A stretch of DNA of 64,000 bases from the sequence record NC_022968.1. One strand, written 5' to 3'. Below are positions 17,703 through 26,128 of this stretch, one piece after another. A program made the position numbers and the translations under genes. Below the pieces are notes generated by a model. That model made no database searches. It saw only the letters and a list, made by a program, of their open reading frames with translations, and was not told where the DNA came from. The stretch is from Escherichia phage 4MG. Each line of letters begins with the position of its first letter. The stretch's first letter is position 1.

Positions 17703-17897
17703 ATGATCCGCACAACAATTCTTTTAGCAGTAGCTCTGCTCTCTTCTCCGGCGTTCGCCACAGTTAATACACTCTCTTTGGTAGATGAATACACCGATGG
17801 GAGTTCTAAAGTATGCATCTACAGCGACGGTAACCGTACCGAAAGCGTTGTGAAAGAAGGTGCTGGCTCATGTCCGTCTAAAAAGACGTTCCACTAA
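17703..17897 (+). CDS. small secreted protein (64 aa)
   Basis: Track ORF; signal peptide ending AFA. Confidence 0.45.
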   Translation: MIRTTILLAVALLSSPAFATVNTLSLVDEYTDGSSKVCIYSDGNRTESVVKEGAGSCPSKKTFH

Positions 17898-17908
17898 GAG
17901 GATGAACC

Positions 17909-18415
17909 ATGAGAGTAACTGATCAGCATGTTTTCTTCTTCACTTATCGTGATATGTTCAGCAACCACTTTCGACAGATAATTCCTATTCGTTGTGGTGG
18001 CTATGAGTTCTTCACGGTGGAGCACTTTATGATGTTCCAAAAAGCAATGCTCTTTGATGACAAAGAGATTGCTGCACGTATTGCCACAGTTGATAATCCA
18101 AACGAGGCAAAAGCGCTGGGTCGTAAAGTCAGGGACTTTGACAACAGTGTTTGGGAAGAAAACAGAATGGACATTGTAACAAACGGTCTTGTTCTGAAAA
18201 TGAAGGCTAACCGCTCTATTCTGGAGTCTGCACTGACTCACAGAGATGCTGGGCGGCGATTTGTAGAGGCATCCCCGTATGATGCAATCTGGGGTGTAAA
18301 ACTGAATGAATATGATCCACGCATTGATGATCCTGCTAACTGGCAAGGTCTTAATCTTCTCGGTGAGTGCTGGGAAAGAGCAATTGATGTTGTGATCGCA
18401 GCTTCGTGGAGGTGA
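17909..18415 (+). CDS. NADAR-domain (YbiA-like) protein
   Basis: 168 aa; motifs MFSNHF, TVEHFMMFQKA, DAIWGV, GLNLLGECWERA matching the YbiA/NADAR pattern. Confidence 0.75.
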   Translation: MRVTDQHVFFFTYRDMFSNHFRQIIPIRCGGYEFFTVEHFMMFQKAMLFDDKEIAARIATVDNPNEAKALGRKVRDFDNSVWEENRMDIVTNGLVLKMKANRSILESALTHRDAGRRFVEASPYDAIWGVKLNEYDPRIDDPANWQGLNLLGECWERAIDVVIAASWR

Positions 18416-18416
18416 G

Positions 18417-18854
18417 TTGAAATTAGAGATTGAACTTGTTCCAAAAACAGCTTGGTTTACTAACTTACGCTCTCACCTCACTAAATCCCAATGGGATGTC
18501 GTAAGAAAGAAATGCTATGCCAAAGCCAATTACAGATGTGAGATTTGTGGTGGTAAAGGGAATAAGCACCCTGTTGAGTGTCACGAAATCTGGGACTTTG
18601 GTAATGGTAAGATCACGCTGAAAGGTCTTATCGCGCTCTGCCCGTCATGTCACGAAGTAAAACATATCGGCCTTGCTGGTATTCGTGGAAGAGGAGAGAT
18701 TGCCCTTCGTCACTTCATGAGGGTCAACAATGTCTCCCGACAGGTTGCAGAGAAATACGTGAGCGAGGCATTTGCCTTGTATCATGAACGGAGTAAGCGA
18801 GAGAAATGGGAACTGGATGTCCGGTATTTGGACGAGTATTTGAGTAACGATTGA
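18417..18854 (+). CDS. HNH endonuclease (homing-endonuclease-like)
   Basis: 145 aa; CEICGG ... HPVECHEIWDF ... CPSCHEVKH HNH/zinc motifs. Confidence 0.7.
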   Translation: MKLEIELVPKTAWFTNLRSHLTKSQWDVVRKKCYAKANYRCEICGGKGNKHPVECHEIWDFGNGKITLKGLIALCPSCHEVKHIGLAGIRGRGEIALRHFMRVNNVSRQVAEKYVSEAFALYHERSKREKWELDVRYLDEYLSND

Positions 18855-18862
18855 GAGGGCTA

Positions 18863-19984
18863 GTGGGATATCCGTATGATAAAGATTGGAAAAATAAAGT
18901 CACGAATGACTGTGTGATCGCTTTAGACCTTGACCAGACTTGCTTTGTGTCTGCTGCTGGCGCTGAGAAGCGCACAATTAAGGCAACACACATCGCCTCT
19001 GGCAGGGAAAAGATCTTCAAAAACAGAACAGAATTCTGGGGTTCCACCAAAAGGGTGGTGGGCGGTTGGCTAAAAGACCAAAACGCCAATATGGAAATTA
19101 AGGCAAAATCCGAGGGTCGTGAATTCACACCTTGGGGACGCGATGACTTCCTGATTGAGGATATTCAGACTCCGGAACCTGTTGAAAACTGTCTGCACAT
19201 CCTGAAAACAAAGATCAACGCGATCTTTGAGCACTTAGAGATGGACAGCCAGTATGGTATGGGCGTGTTGGGTGGGGAAAATAACTTCCGTCTACTACTG
19301 CCTGCACCAGAACGCTATAAGGGTAACCGTGAGGACACCCTACGTCCTAAACTGTTACAGGAAACGCGTGATTACGTCAAGAAGAAGTACAAGGCAAAGG
19401 TAATTGACGGAGTAGAGGCAGATGATTATCTTTCTGTCCTGATGAATACCGGGTGGGAGTTCTACCAGGCGACTGGCAAGTTCAACTACATGGTTGCATC
19501 CTTCGACAAAGACCAGAAAGGAACGCCGGGGCTTCTGTTCGACACCATGCGGGACAGTGAAGAGAGATCATGGAAACATCCTATCCCTATGGTCATTGAT
19601 GACTCTATGGGTGAGATTTGGATGGAAGGTAATAAGGTTAAGGGTTGGGGACGTAAGTTCTTCGGCTACCAGATGCTCTGTGGCGATAGCTCAGATAACA
19701 TCAAGCCTTATCAGTGCTTTGACATCTCCGGACGATTTGGTGATACCGCCGCATTCAACCTAATCGGTCATTTACAGACTGAAAAGGATATGTGGACAGC
19801 TATTGTTGACCAGTATAAGACCTGGTTCCCTCAGGGTGTGGAGTTTACATCGTGGGATGGAACACAGCGTAAAATGAGTGCTGGTCAGTGGGCTTCGATC
19901 ATCTTCCAGATGGTATACATGAAGCGCACAGCCAACGATCCAACAACTCTGGCAACAGAACTGCGTCGTGTGGGGGTTTTATGA
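18863..19984 (+). CDS. 5'-3' exonuclease / flap endonuclease (RNase H-like)
   Basis: About 373 aa; N-terminal CVIALDLDQT, catalytic GVEADDYLSVL and helix-3-turn-helix CGDSSDNIKP motifs; GTG start after GAGAGGG SD. Confidence 0.8.
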   Translation: MGYPYDKDWKNKVTNDCVIALDLDQTCFVSAAGAEKRTIKATHIASGREKIFKNRTEFWGSTKRVVGGWLKDQNANMEIKAKSEGREFTPWGRDDFLIEDIQTPEPVENCLHILKTKINAIFEHLEMDSQYGMGVLGGENNFRLLLPAPERYKGNREDTLRPKLLQETRDYVKKKYKAKVIDGVEADDYLSVLMNTGWEFYQATGKFNYMVASFDKDQKGTPGLLFDTMRDSEERSWKHPIPMVIDDSMGEIWMEGNKVKGWGRKFFGYQMLCGDSSDNIKPYQCFDISGRFGDTAAFNLIGHLQTEKDMWTAIVDQYKTWFPQGVEFTSWDGTQRKMSAGQWASIIFQMVYMKRTANDPTTLATELRRVGVL

Positions 19985-20286
19985 TTGATGGGATGATCAT
20001 GGAAGCAGTAATGAGGGACTCCAAGGCCCTCGCTGTTTCTTCTCTGAAGCCTAAGTTCATAGTTGGAACAGGTATTTGGCGTATGCTTGAGACAGACCAC
20101 GGTGACTACGTGGTCTTCACAGATGACTTTATTGACCCGGATAAGGCCTTCACGGTACTTCTTCTTGAAGATTGTGAGCTTGTTGAAGGTGAGAAGTTGC
20201 TGTTGTTGACAAGCGTTGCCTATGGAGACCTTGAATGCTCCCTTGTTCTTTTCCGTGAAAATGCTGTGGATGGGAATGATGAGTGA
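19981..20286 (+). CDS. hypothetical protein (101 aa)
   Basis: ATGA overlap with upstream stop; frame of track ORF 19888-20286. Confidence 0.4.
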   Translation: MIDGMIMEAVMRDSKALAVSSLKPKFIVGTGIWRMLETDHGDYVVFTDDFIDPDKAFTVLLLEDCELVEGEKLLLLTSVAYGDLECSLVLFRENAVDGNDE

Positions 20287-20914
20287 TTTCCCATATGTAC
20301 TGATGTCTGTTGACCAGTCGCTATCCCATTGTGCTGTTGTTATCTGGCGCGATGGGGTGCCAATCTACAGGGAGATGATCAGGACAGGGTCTACAAAGAG
20401 TAAAGGGAAGCAAAGCCCGGATGTCTACTACTTTGACACTGTTTATGAGCAGATAGAGCACATCTGTAAGCGCATAAATGAACTCTGTGAAGAGTATTCA
20501 CCCGATGACTATGTGATGGAAGCACTAAGTCTTGGATCGATTGGTAGCGCAACAAGGGACCTTGCTGGACTGTTTTATTGTATTGCTCTCAGTCTGGATG
20601 ATTGCGGTAATCATTTTATTGAATACTTCAATATCCACACTGTTGCACCAACTTCTGTTAAGTCTTTTGCCCGTAGTCTGCTCCCGGAAGATGAGCAATG
20701 GGAAGTTAAGGAAAAGCTTGACAAAAAGAAGAATAAAATGGTATCATCCAAGTCCAAAGTTAAGATGGACAAAGCCATGATGGTTAAGGCTGTCAATTAC
20801 GACTGCCCTGGCTGGTTGGATGGTGTTACTCTTGCAGCAGGAAAGGCTGACTATGCAGATGCATATTTGATTGGGAAAAAGTTCTTGGAGGACCTATCCG
20901 CAGGAAAAGAGTAA
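20276..20914 (+). CDS. hypothetical protein, possible RuvC-like resolvase fold
   Basis: Frame of track ORF; acidic residues in LMSVDQS, VMEALS, ADYADAYLIG resemble RNase H-like resolvase layout; weak. Confidence 0.4.
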   Translation: MMSDFPYVLMSVDQSLSHCAVVIWRDGVPIYREMIRTGSTKSKGKQSPDVYYFDTVYEQIEHICKRINELCEEYSPDDYVMEALSLGSIGSATRDLAGLFYCIALSLDDCGNHFIEYFNIHTVAPTSVKSFARSLLPEDEQWEVKEKLDKKKNKMVSSKSKVKMDKAMMVKAVNYDCPGWLDGVTLAAGKADYADAYLIGKKFLEDLSAGKE

Positions 20915-20955
20915 AGAGTCCTGCATCTAAACCCAAGGCAAGGAAGAAACCTGTC

Positions 20956-21444
20956 GTGGTGCCATTGACGGCAGAACTTTGGGTTAAGGATGCAAGACAG
21001 ATAGCAGCATTCAGGGAGAAGTTAATTCTGGAACAAGGCGGTCTTGATCCTGTACTTGGTGAGCCACTTCGCAAACCATGTCTCGATCATGATCACTTCG
21101 ACGGAAAGTGTCGAGGAGTCCTTAGCCAGTGTGTGAATACGTTTGAAGGATATGTCCTGAAGGCTTGGATGAAGTACGTTTCTGCTTACACAGAGACCTC
21201 GTTGTCCACAGCGCTTAGAAATCTTGCTGACTACTTGGAACAAGATTTCAGTGGGTATCCTATTCATGCTGGCTACAAGGACGACATGCTGAAGTTTTTG
21301 AGAAGATGTACCAATGAGAAGATCATTGAAAGGGCTGAGTCGGATCTCGGCCTCATCATTCCGAAAGGAACTCAGAAGCATGACAGCATCACACTTTACC
21401 TTACGGAGTTTGTCAGACAGACGGAGGAAAGATTTGCTGAATAA
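20956..21444 (+). CDS. endonuclease VII-like Holliday junction resolvase
   Basis: 162 aa; PCLDHDHFDGKCRGVLSQCVN matches the T4 endonuclease VII H-N-H/zinc core. Confidence 0.7.
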   Translation: MVPLTAELWVKDARQIAAFREKLILEQGGLDPVLGEPLRKPCLDHDHFDGKCRGVLSQCVNTFEGYVLKAWMKYVSAYTETSLSTALRNLADYLEQDFSGYPIHAGYKDDMLKFLRRCTNEKIIERAESDLGLIIPKGTQKHDSITLYLTEFVRQTEERFAE

Positions 21445-21646
21445 TTTGAGTAAGCCCCTGAAGTTCTATTACAAGAACTGGCGCGGGGAATACGGTTACC
21501 GTACCGTGGTGGACCCGGTGATGTGGTATGGGTCTACAGAGTTTCACAAAAAGCCTCAATGGATGATCAAGGCATATGATGTCGAGAAAGATGCCGTGCG
21601 AGACTTTGCTGTGAATGATATCGTTGAATTTATCCGAGAGGTGTAA
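21380..21646 (+). CDS. hypothetical protein (about 88 aa)
   Basis: Frame of track ORF 21314-21646; ATG with AAAGGA SD; overlaps end of 20956-21444. Confidence 0.35.
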   Translation: MTASHFTLRSLSDRRRKDLLNNLSKPLKFYYKNWRGEYGYRTVVDPVMWYGSTEFHKKPQWMIKAYDVEKDAVRDFAVNDIVEFIREV

Positions 21647-22620
21647 TGCTGAGTGCAGAAGAAATCCTTGATTTAAAAGCTAAAGGCCTGAGTAACCGTG
21701 AAATTGCTCGTCGTTATCTGGGAAAAGAAAGCAAGGAATCCCACATCCGTCTTATTCTTAAGGCGCATGAGTATAACAAGGAAGCTGAGAGAGTGATCAG
21801 TGATGTTATTGAGCAGCATCCCGGTGCTAAGATCTTCCTCGGTGACGTAGAAGTATCACCAACACTGGCTTGGGTCTTTAACCGATTCAAGGCGTTTGTA
21901 ACACCTTCCCACGTAGAGCATGAACCTTACATGTACACATGGGCTGGTAAGTGGTTACATAACCCTGCGATCATCAGTCGCAAACTTCCTGACTACGAAA
22001 CGTTCAAAACAGATATCCACGACGACCGTGAACTGGTTGAAGAACTGTGGCATATTTTGGATGAGTGTGATATCTTCATCGCACACAACGCTCGCTTCGA
22101 CAAAGGTTGGGCTAACCAGCGTTTCGCGTTCCACGGAATGAAACCGCCATCTCCGTACATCGTGATCGATACGCTTGCAGAACTCAAGTCAGCATTCTCC
22201 TTGCCTTCTAACGCTCTGGAAGCTGCGTGTAATTACTTCCAACTGGACGCTCGTAAGCGCCACCACGAAGGTATCACGCTGTGGATTCGTTGTTTCCACG
22301 GAGAGATTGAAGCATTCGAAGAAATGGAATACTACAACATCGGGGATATCCCGACACTTGAAGGTATCTACTTGAAAGTCCGTCCTTTCATGAAGAAACA
22401 CCCTAACGTGACCCTGTACAATGATGAAGACGAAAACACGGTCCTGCGCTGTGTCCGTTGTAACTCTGATCAGGTTGTTGAGATGCCGGGTAAGGTCGGT
22501 ACTACGTACCTGTCTAAGTTCCAGGCATACCGTTGTGAGTGCTGCGGTTCTGTGATGCGTGACCGCCGTAACATCCGTACTAAGGAAGAAATGGCTAACA
22601 CGCTTGTGAATATCATTTAA
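21646..22620 (+). CDS. DEDD-family 3'-5' exonuclease with C-terminal zinc ribbon
   Basis: 324 aa; Exo I LGDVEV, Exo II IAHNARFD, C-terminal CVRC ... CECC. Confidence 0.55.
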   Translation: MLSAEEILDLKAKGLSNREIARRYLGKESKESHIRLILKAHEYNKEAERVISDVIEQHPGAKIFLGDVEVSPTLAWVFNRFKAFVTPSHVEHEPYMYTWAGKWLHNPAIISRKLPDYETFKTDIHDDRELVEELWHILDECDIFIAHNARFDKGWANQRFAFHGMKPPSPYIVIDTLAELKSAFSLPSNALEAACNYFQLDARKRHHEGITLWIRCFHGEIEAFEEMEYYNIGDIPTLEGIYLKVRPFMKKHPNVTLYNDEDENTVLRCVRCNSDQVVEMPGKVGTTYLSKFQAYRCECCGSVMRDRRNIRTKEEMANTLVNII

Positions 22621-22637
22621 GGGCTTCGGCCCTTTTG
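22621..22637 (+). terminator. intrinsic terminator (GGGCTTCGGCCC + TTTT)
   Basis: UUCG tetraloop hairpin and T-run immediately after stop at 22620. Confidence 0.6.
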
Positions 22638-22651
22638 CAAAGGAGAGAAGA

Positions 22652-23257
22652 TTGGATATTATTGTTCTTAACGCCCCGCCACAAAGCGGTAAAGATGAGA
22701 TCTCTGCGTATCTGTGCAAAGGTAATCCCAACATCAACCACGAAGAGGTAAAGGAACTCCTGTTTGAGGTTGCTATTCGTTCAGCGGGGATTTCCCGTGA
22801 GTTGTGGGATGCAATGTATACTCGTCGGTATAAAGAGATCCCAAGCCCATATCTGATGATTGATGGTGTGAATGTATCTCCACGTCAGTGGATGATCCAT
22901 TGCTCTGAGAAGGTTATCAAGCCGTTGTTTGGTAAGTCTGCATTTGGTAAGGCCGCTGTAGAGCACCTGAAAAAGACCTATGCGAATGATGAAGTCATTG
23001 TGTATTCTGATGGTGGTTTCAGGGAAGAAATCAAAGAGTTATCCGATTACGCATATTCAACTGGTGGTGAATTCTTCCTTGCACGTATCCACCGAAAAGG
23101 TTATGATTGGGGTAATGACAGTCGTAACTGGTTGTACCTTGATGGTATCAGAGGCCACGAACGTGACTTTGACAACAAAGAGGGCGGCATGATAGACTGT
23201 GCTGAAGAGGTTCTCGAATGGGCGAGAACTATTAGCTACGGAGAAGAGAATGCGTAA
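22652..23257 (+). CDS. P-loop protein, deoxynucleoside monophosphate kinase-like
   Basis: Track ORF (TTG start); N-terminal LNAPPQSGKDE resembles T4 dNMP kinase P-loop. Confidence 0.45.
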   Translation: MDIIVLNAPPQSGKDEISAYLCKGNPNINHEEVKELLFEVAIRSAGISRELWDAMYTRRYKEIPSPYLMIDGVNVSPRQWMIHCSEKVIKPLFGKSAFGKAAVEHLKKTYANDEVIVYSDGGFREEIKELSDYAYSTGGEFFLARIHRKGYDWGNDSRNWLYLDGIRGHERDFDNKEGGMIDCAEEVLEWARTISYGEENA

Positions 23258-23852
23258 ACCGCTAAATATCGGTATTGATGTTGACCTGACTTTTGTCGAT
23301 TCAGGGTCCCCTTGGATTCTATGGATGGAACAGGTGTATGGTGTGAGTGCTGACTACAAGCTTCCACCACCAAACCCACAAGGGAAACTCTACTACAACG
23401 TTTCCAAGTATTTTCCACCTGCAAAGGTAAATCAGGTTCCACCATACGAGTTCTGGGAAGACCCATACCTCTATGACAAACTGAAGCCTCTGCCTGGTGC
23501 AGTTGAAGCAGTAGCGGCTTGGGCCGAAGCTGGACACTTCAACCAGTTTGTGTCTTACTGTAAGAAAGGCCACTTCTCGTCTAAGGTGCGATTCCTGAAA
23601 CGTGAAACGGAAGAGTTTTTCAGTATCGAGCCAGGCTCAGGCCACGGGTTCTATGCAACGAAAAACAAAGCTGGTATCAAACTCGATGTCATCATTGATG
23701 ACCGCAACGAGTTCCTGAATCAGTTCGGTCCTGAAGTGATCAAGATTAAGTTCAAGACACCTTACGATCAGTCCGAAGAACTTCGTGTCTCGATTGACCT
23801 TGAGACCGATAACTGGGACGACATCCGGAAGTTTGTTCTGGACATTGCATAA
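23250..23852 (+). CDS. HAD-family phosphatase, 5'(3')-deoxyribonucleotidase-like
   Basis: ATG after GGAGAAGAG SD; HAD motif I GIDVDLT and motif IV VIIDDR. Confidence 0.55.
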   Translation: MRKPLNIGIDVDLTFVDSGSPWILWMEQVYGVSADYKLPPPNPQGKLYYNVSKYFPPAKVNQVPPYEFWEDPYLYDKLKPLPGAVEAVAAWAEAGHFNQFVSYCKKGHFSSKVRFLKRETEEFFSIEPGSGHGFYATKNKAGIKLDVIIDDRNEFLNQFGPEVIKIKFKTPYDQSEELRVSIDLETDNWDDIRKFVLDIA

Positions 23853-24046
23853 TGAAGAGATGCCCCACAGGAGACTTCGTTGTCCACTATGGGGATTGGG
23901 TGGAGGTTTTCACCGAGGACGGAACCTTCCTCATATCCTTCAAAGCAACAAGCGACATGTGTCAGGACATCCTGACACGTTATCTGGTGTTTAAAGCAGG
24001 AATGAACCCTGAGACACCATATCGAATCAAAAGGAGAGGCAAATGA
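23852..24046 (+). CDS. hypothetical protein (64 aa)
   Basis: Track ORF; coupled start. Confidence 0.4.
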   Translation: MKRCPTGDFVVHYGDWVEVFTEDGTFLISFKATSDMCQDILTRYLVFKAGMNPETPYRIKRRGK

Positions 24047-24366
24047 CATTAAAACAAGAATCTTTCGACATCCTGAAAAATGAATTGCAACGCCGTGTGG
24101 ATAAGGTTCCACAGGTTATGGGGTTTGATGCCTATGGTATCACCGCCGCAGATATGGGTCTCGATGCCGATTTCATTAACCGACTGATCACTGAAGCCTA
24201 CCTTGGTATCTTCACTGCCGAAGAAGCTGAAGAAATGATCGCATTCCAGCAACGCTTTGCTGATCGCACCGCGATCCTTGAAAAGGTTGTGGAAGAAGCT
24301 GTTGGAAAGGTAATGGAAGCCAACAAAGAAAACATCCTGAAAAAACTGCAAGAAGGGGTTAAGTAA
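24043..24366 (+). CDS. hypothetical protein (107 aa)
   Basis: Track ORF; coupled start. Confidence 0.45.
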   Translation: MTLKQESFDILKNELQRRVDKVPQVMGFDAYGITAADMGLDADFINRLITEAYLGIFTAEEAEEMIAFQQRFADRTAILEKVVEEAVGKVMEANKENILKKLQEGVK

Positions 24367-25331
24367 TGACAGAAGCTGTAATCGCTCGCGTAGTAGCGGA
24401 TAGTGTTTCTCCGCAGGGACAACGTATTACAACTTTTGAGCTTGAATACCCGCGTATCATCCACAGTGAGTTGATGACGCACCGACTATTCAGTCGTAAT
24501 GCTATGAGTAGCCGTGCAATTCCGATCAAGAAGATGATCGAGCAGGTTCAGCAAAATCCAGCAATGCCTGTTAAGTTCGGGAAGAACCAGCCCGGTATGC
24601 AAGATGCAGGTGACCATAACCAGTTGATCGATGCGGGTTATGAACCCGCAACTTGGTGGGGACTAGCAGGGCTGAGTGCAGCACGATTTGCTGAGGCATT
24701 TGCAGAAGCTGGGTATCATAAGCAGATTGCAAACCGCCTTCTGGAGCCATTCCAGCGTATGAAGACGGTCCTGACTGCTACCGACTTCGAGAACTTCTGG
24801 TGGTTGCGTGTGGATAAGGATGCAGATCCTACCATCTTCGCACTGGCTGAAGCCATGAAGAAGGCCTTTGATGAGTCCTTACCAGAACTTCTGGAACCGG
24901 GACAGTGGCATACGCCGTATGTTGATCACGTCTACGAATACGAAGACATTGACGACAAAGAATGTGTTGTGTTTGTTGGGTATTGTGTTCTTGACGAGAA
25001 CGACAAGCCTGTTATGCTTACCGTTGAGGAAGCAAAGGCAATATCTGCCTCGTGTTGTGCTCAGGTCTCTTACCGTGTCCTGAACAACACAAAAGATAAG
25101 GCGCTGGACATTTATGGGAAACTTTTGAGCGGTAATAAGGTTCATGCTTCTCCGTTCGAACACCAGGCTACGCCACTTGTTCATGCTTCCTGTGATGAAC
25201 TGGAGAATGGGGCATTCGCTTGGGAAGAGGGCGTTACCCACGTTGACCGGAATGGGATGTTCTGGAGTGGTAATTTCCGTGGTTGGTCACAACACCGCCA
25301 GTTAGTTCCCAACAACGTAGTTTCAGGTTGA
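24366..25331 (+). CDS. thyX: flavin-dependent thymidylate synthase (ThyX)-like
   Basis: 321 aa; signature MTHRLFSRNAMSSR fits the ThyX RHR-x2-S-x-N-x3-S-x-R pattern with Thr in place of first Arg. Confidence 0.65.
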   Translation: MTEAVIARVVADSVSPQGQRITTFELEYPRIIHSELMTHRLFSRNAMSSRAIPIKKMIEQVQQNPAMPVKFGKNQPGMQDAGDHNQLIDAGYEPATWWGLAGLSAARFAEAFAEAGYHKQIANRLLEPFQRMKTVLTATDFENFWWLRVDKDADPTIFALAEAMKKAFDESLPELLEPGQWHTPYVDHVYEYEDIDDKECVVFVGYCVLDENDKPVMLTVEEAKAISASCCAQVSYRVLNNTKDKALDIYGKLLSGNKVHASPFEHQATPLVHASCDELENGAFAWEEGVTHVDRNGMFWSGNFRGWSQHRQLVPNNVVSG

Positions 25332-25357
25332 CAAAGGTTCCAGTAATCCGTATCTTG
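25329..25357 (+). promoter_or_regulatory. sigma70-like promoter TTGACA-N17-TATCTT
   Basis: Hexamers read directly between thyX-like stop and next ORF; coordinates +/-2. Confidence 0.4.
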
Positions 25358-25412
25358 GTTGTATGAATTGCGGGGAGAGTTTCTCCCCGATTATAGGCAG
25401 AATGGAGAATAC

Positions 25413-25889
25413 ATGAGTAAAACAAAACGCAAACCTACCCAACACATTTCGGTCACTTTGGACTTCCTGAGAACCGTTCCTGGATTCGATGTGACACAAG
25501 AAAGTGGACTCCGCGCTGCCCTTTATGCAGTAGGATTCCAAGTCTCCGACAGTGAGGGTAATCCTAAGCAAGTAACTATGCTTAACAACAAAAATGTACG
25601 ATGTGCTAATTTGCCATATTTGTACCGTAAGACCACGATCTTTGTCGGTGACATGCGTCCGGACTATCCGTATGCAAAAATTTATAACGGCGTTGACATC
25701 CTTGATGTCGGTGTGTATTCAGAGCGCGACATGGAGTTCGTTATCGACTTGCCTTATGACATCCCGGTAAACGAAAAAGTCAACACCCGTAAGTACACAA
25801 AACGCGGTGACCGCCCAGACTCGTTCGATATTACGTTCAATAGTGAAGATGAAGCACGTCTGAGTGACGCATTTGGTCTGGGGGACTAA
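25413..25889 (+). CDS. hypothetical protein (158 aa)
   Basis: ATG after GGAG SD in frame of track ORF. Confidence 0.45.
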   Translation: MSKTKRKPTQHISVTLDFLRTVPGFDVTQESGLRAALYAVGFQVSDSEGNPKQVTMLNNKNVRCANLPYLYRKTTIFVGDMRPDYPYAKIYNGVDILDVGVYSERDMEFVIDLPYDIPVNEKVNTRKYTKRGDRPDSFDITFNSEDEARLSDAFGLGD

Positions 25890-26119
25890 TGAGTAAAGAG
25901 AAGACCAAGTGGAAAGACCGTGGCTTTGATGATAAGCATCACTACGCCGGGTGGCTCTACTTCAATGATTTGACCGATGACAGTAAGATGTACGATGATG
26001 TTTACTATGATCAATATTCTGGTAAAATAATCAATGTCACTGCTCCGTCTGAAGAAACACCTCAAGACGAGGAAGTTGACGAAGCCGATAAATATCTTGC
26101 TCAATTCGAAGAGAAATAA
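25889..26119 (+). CDS. hypothetical acidic protein (76 aa)
   Basis: Track ORF; coupled start. Confidence 0.4.
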   Translation: MSKEKTKWKDRGFDDKHHYAGWLYFNDLTDDSKMYDDVYYDQYSGKIINVTAPSEETPQDEEVDEADKYLAQFEEK

Positions 26120-26128
26120 GGAGAAAGT

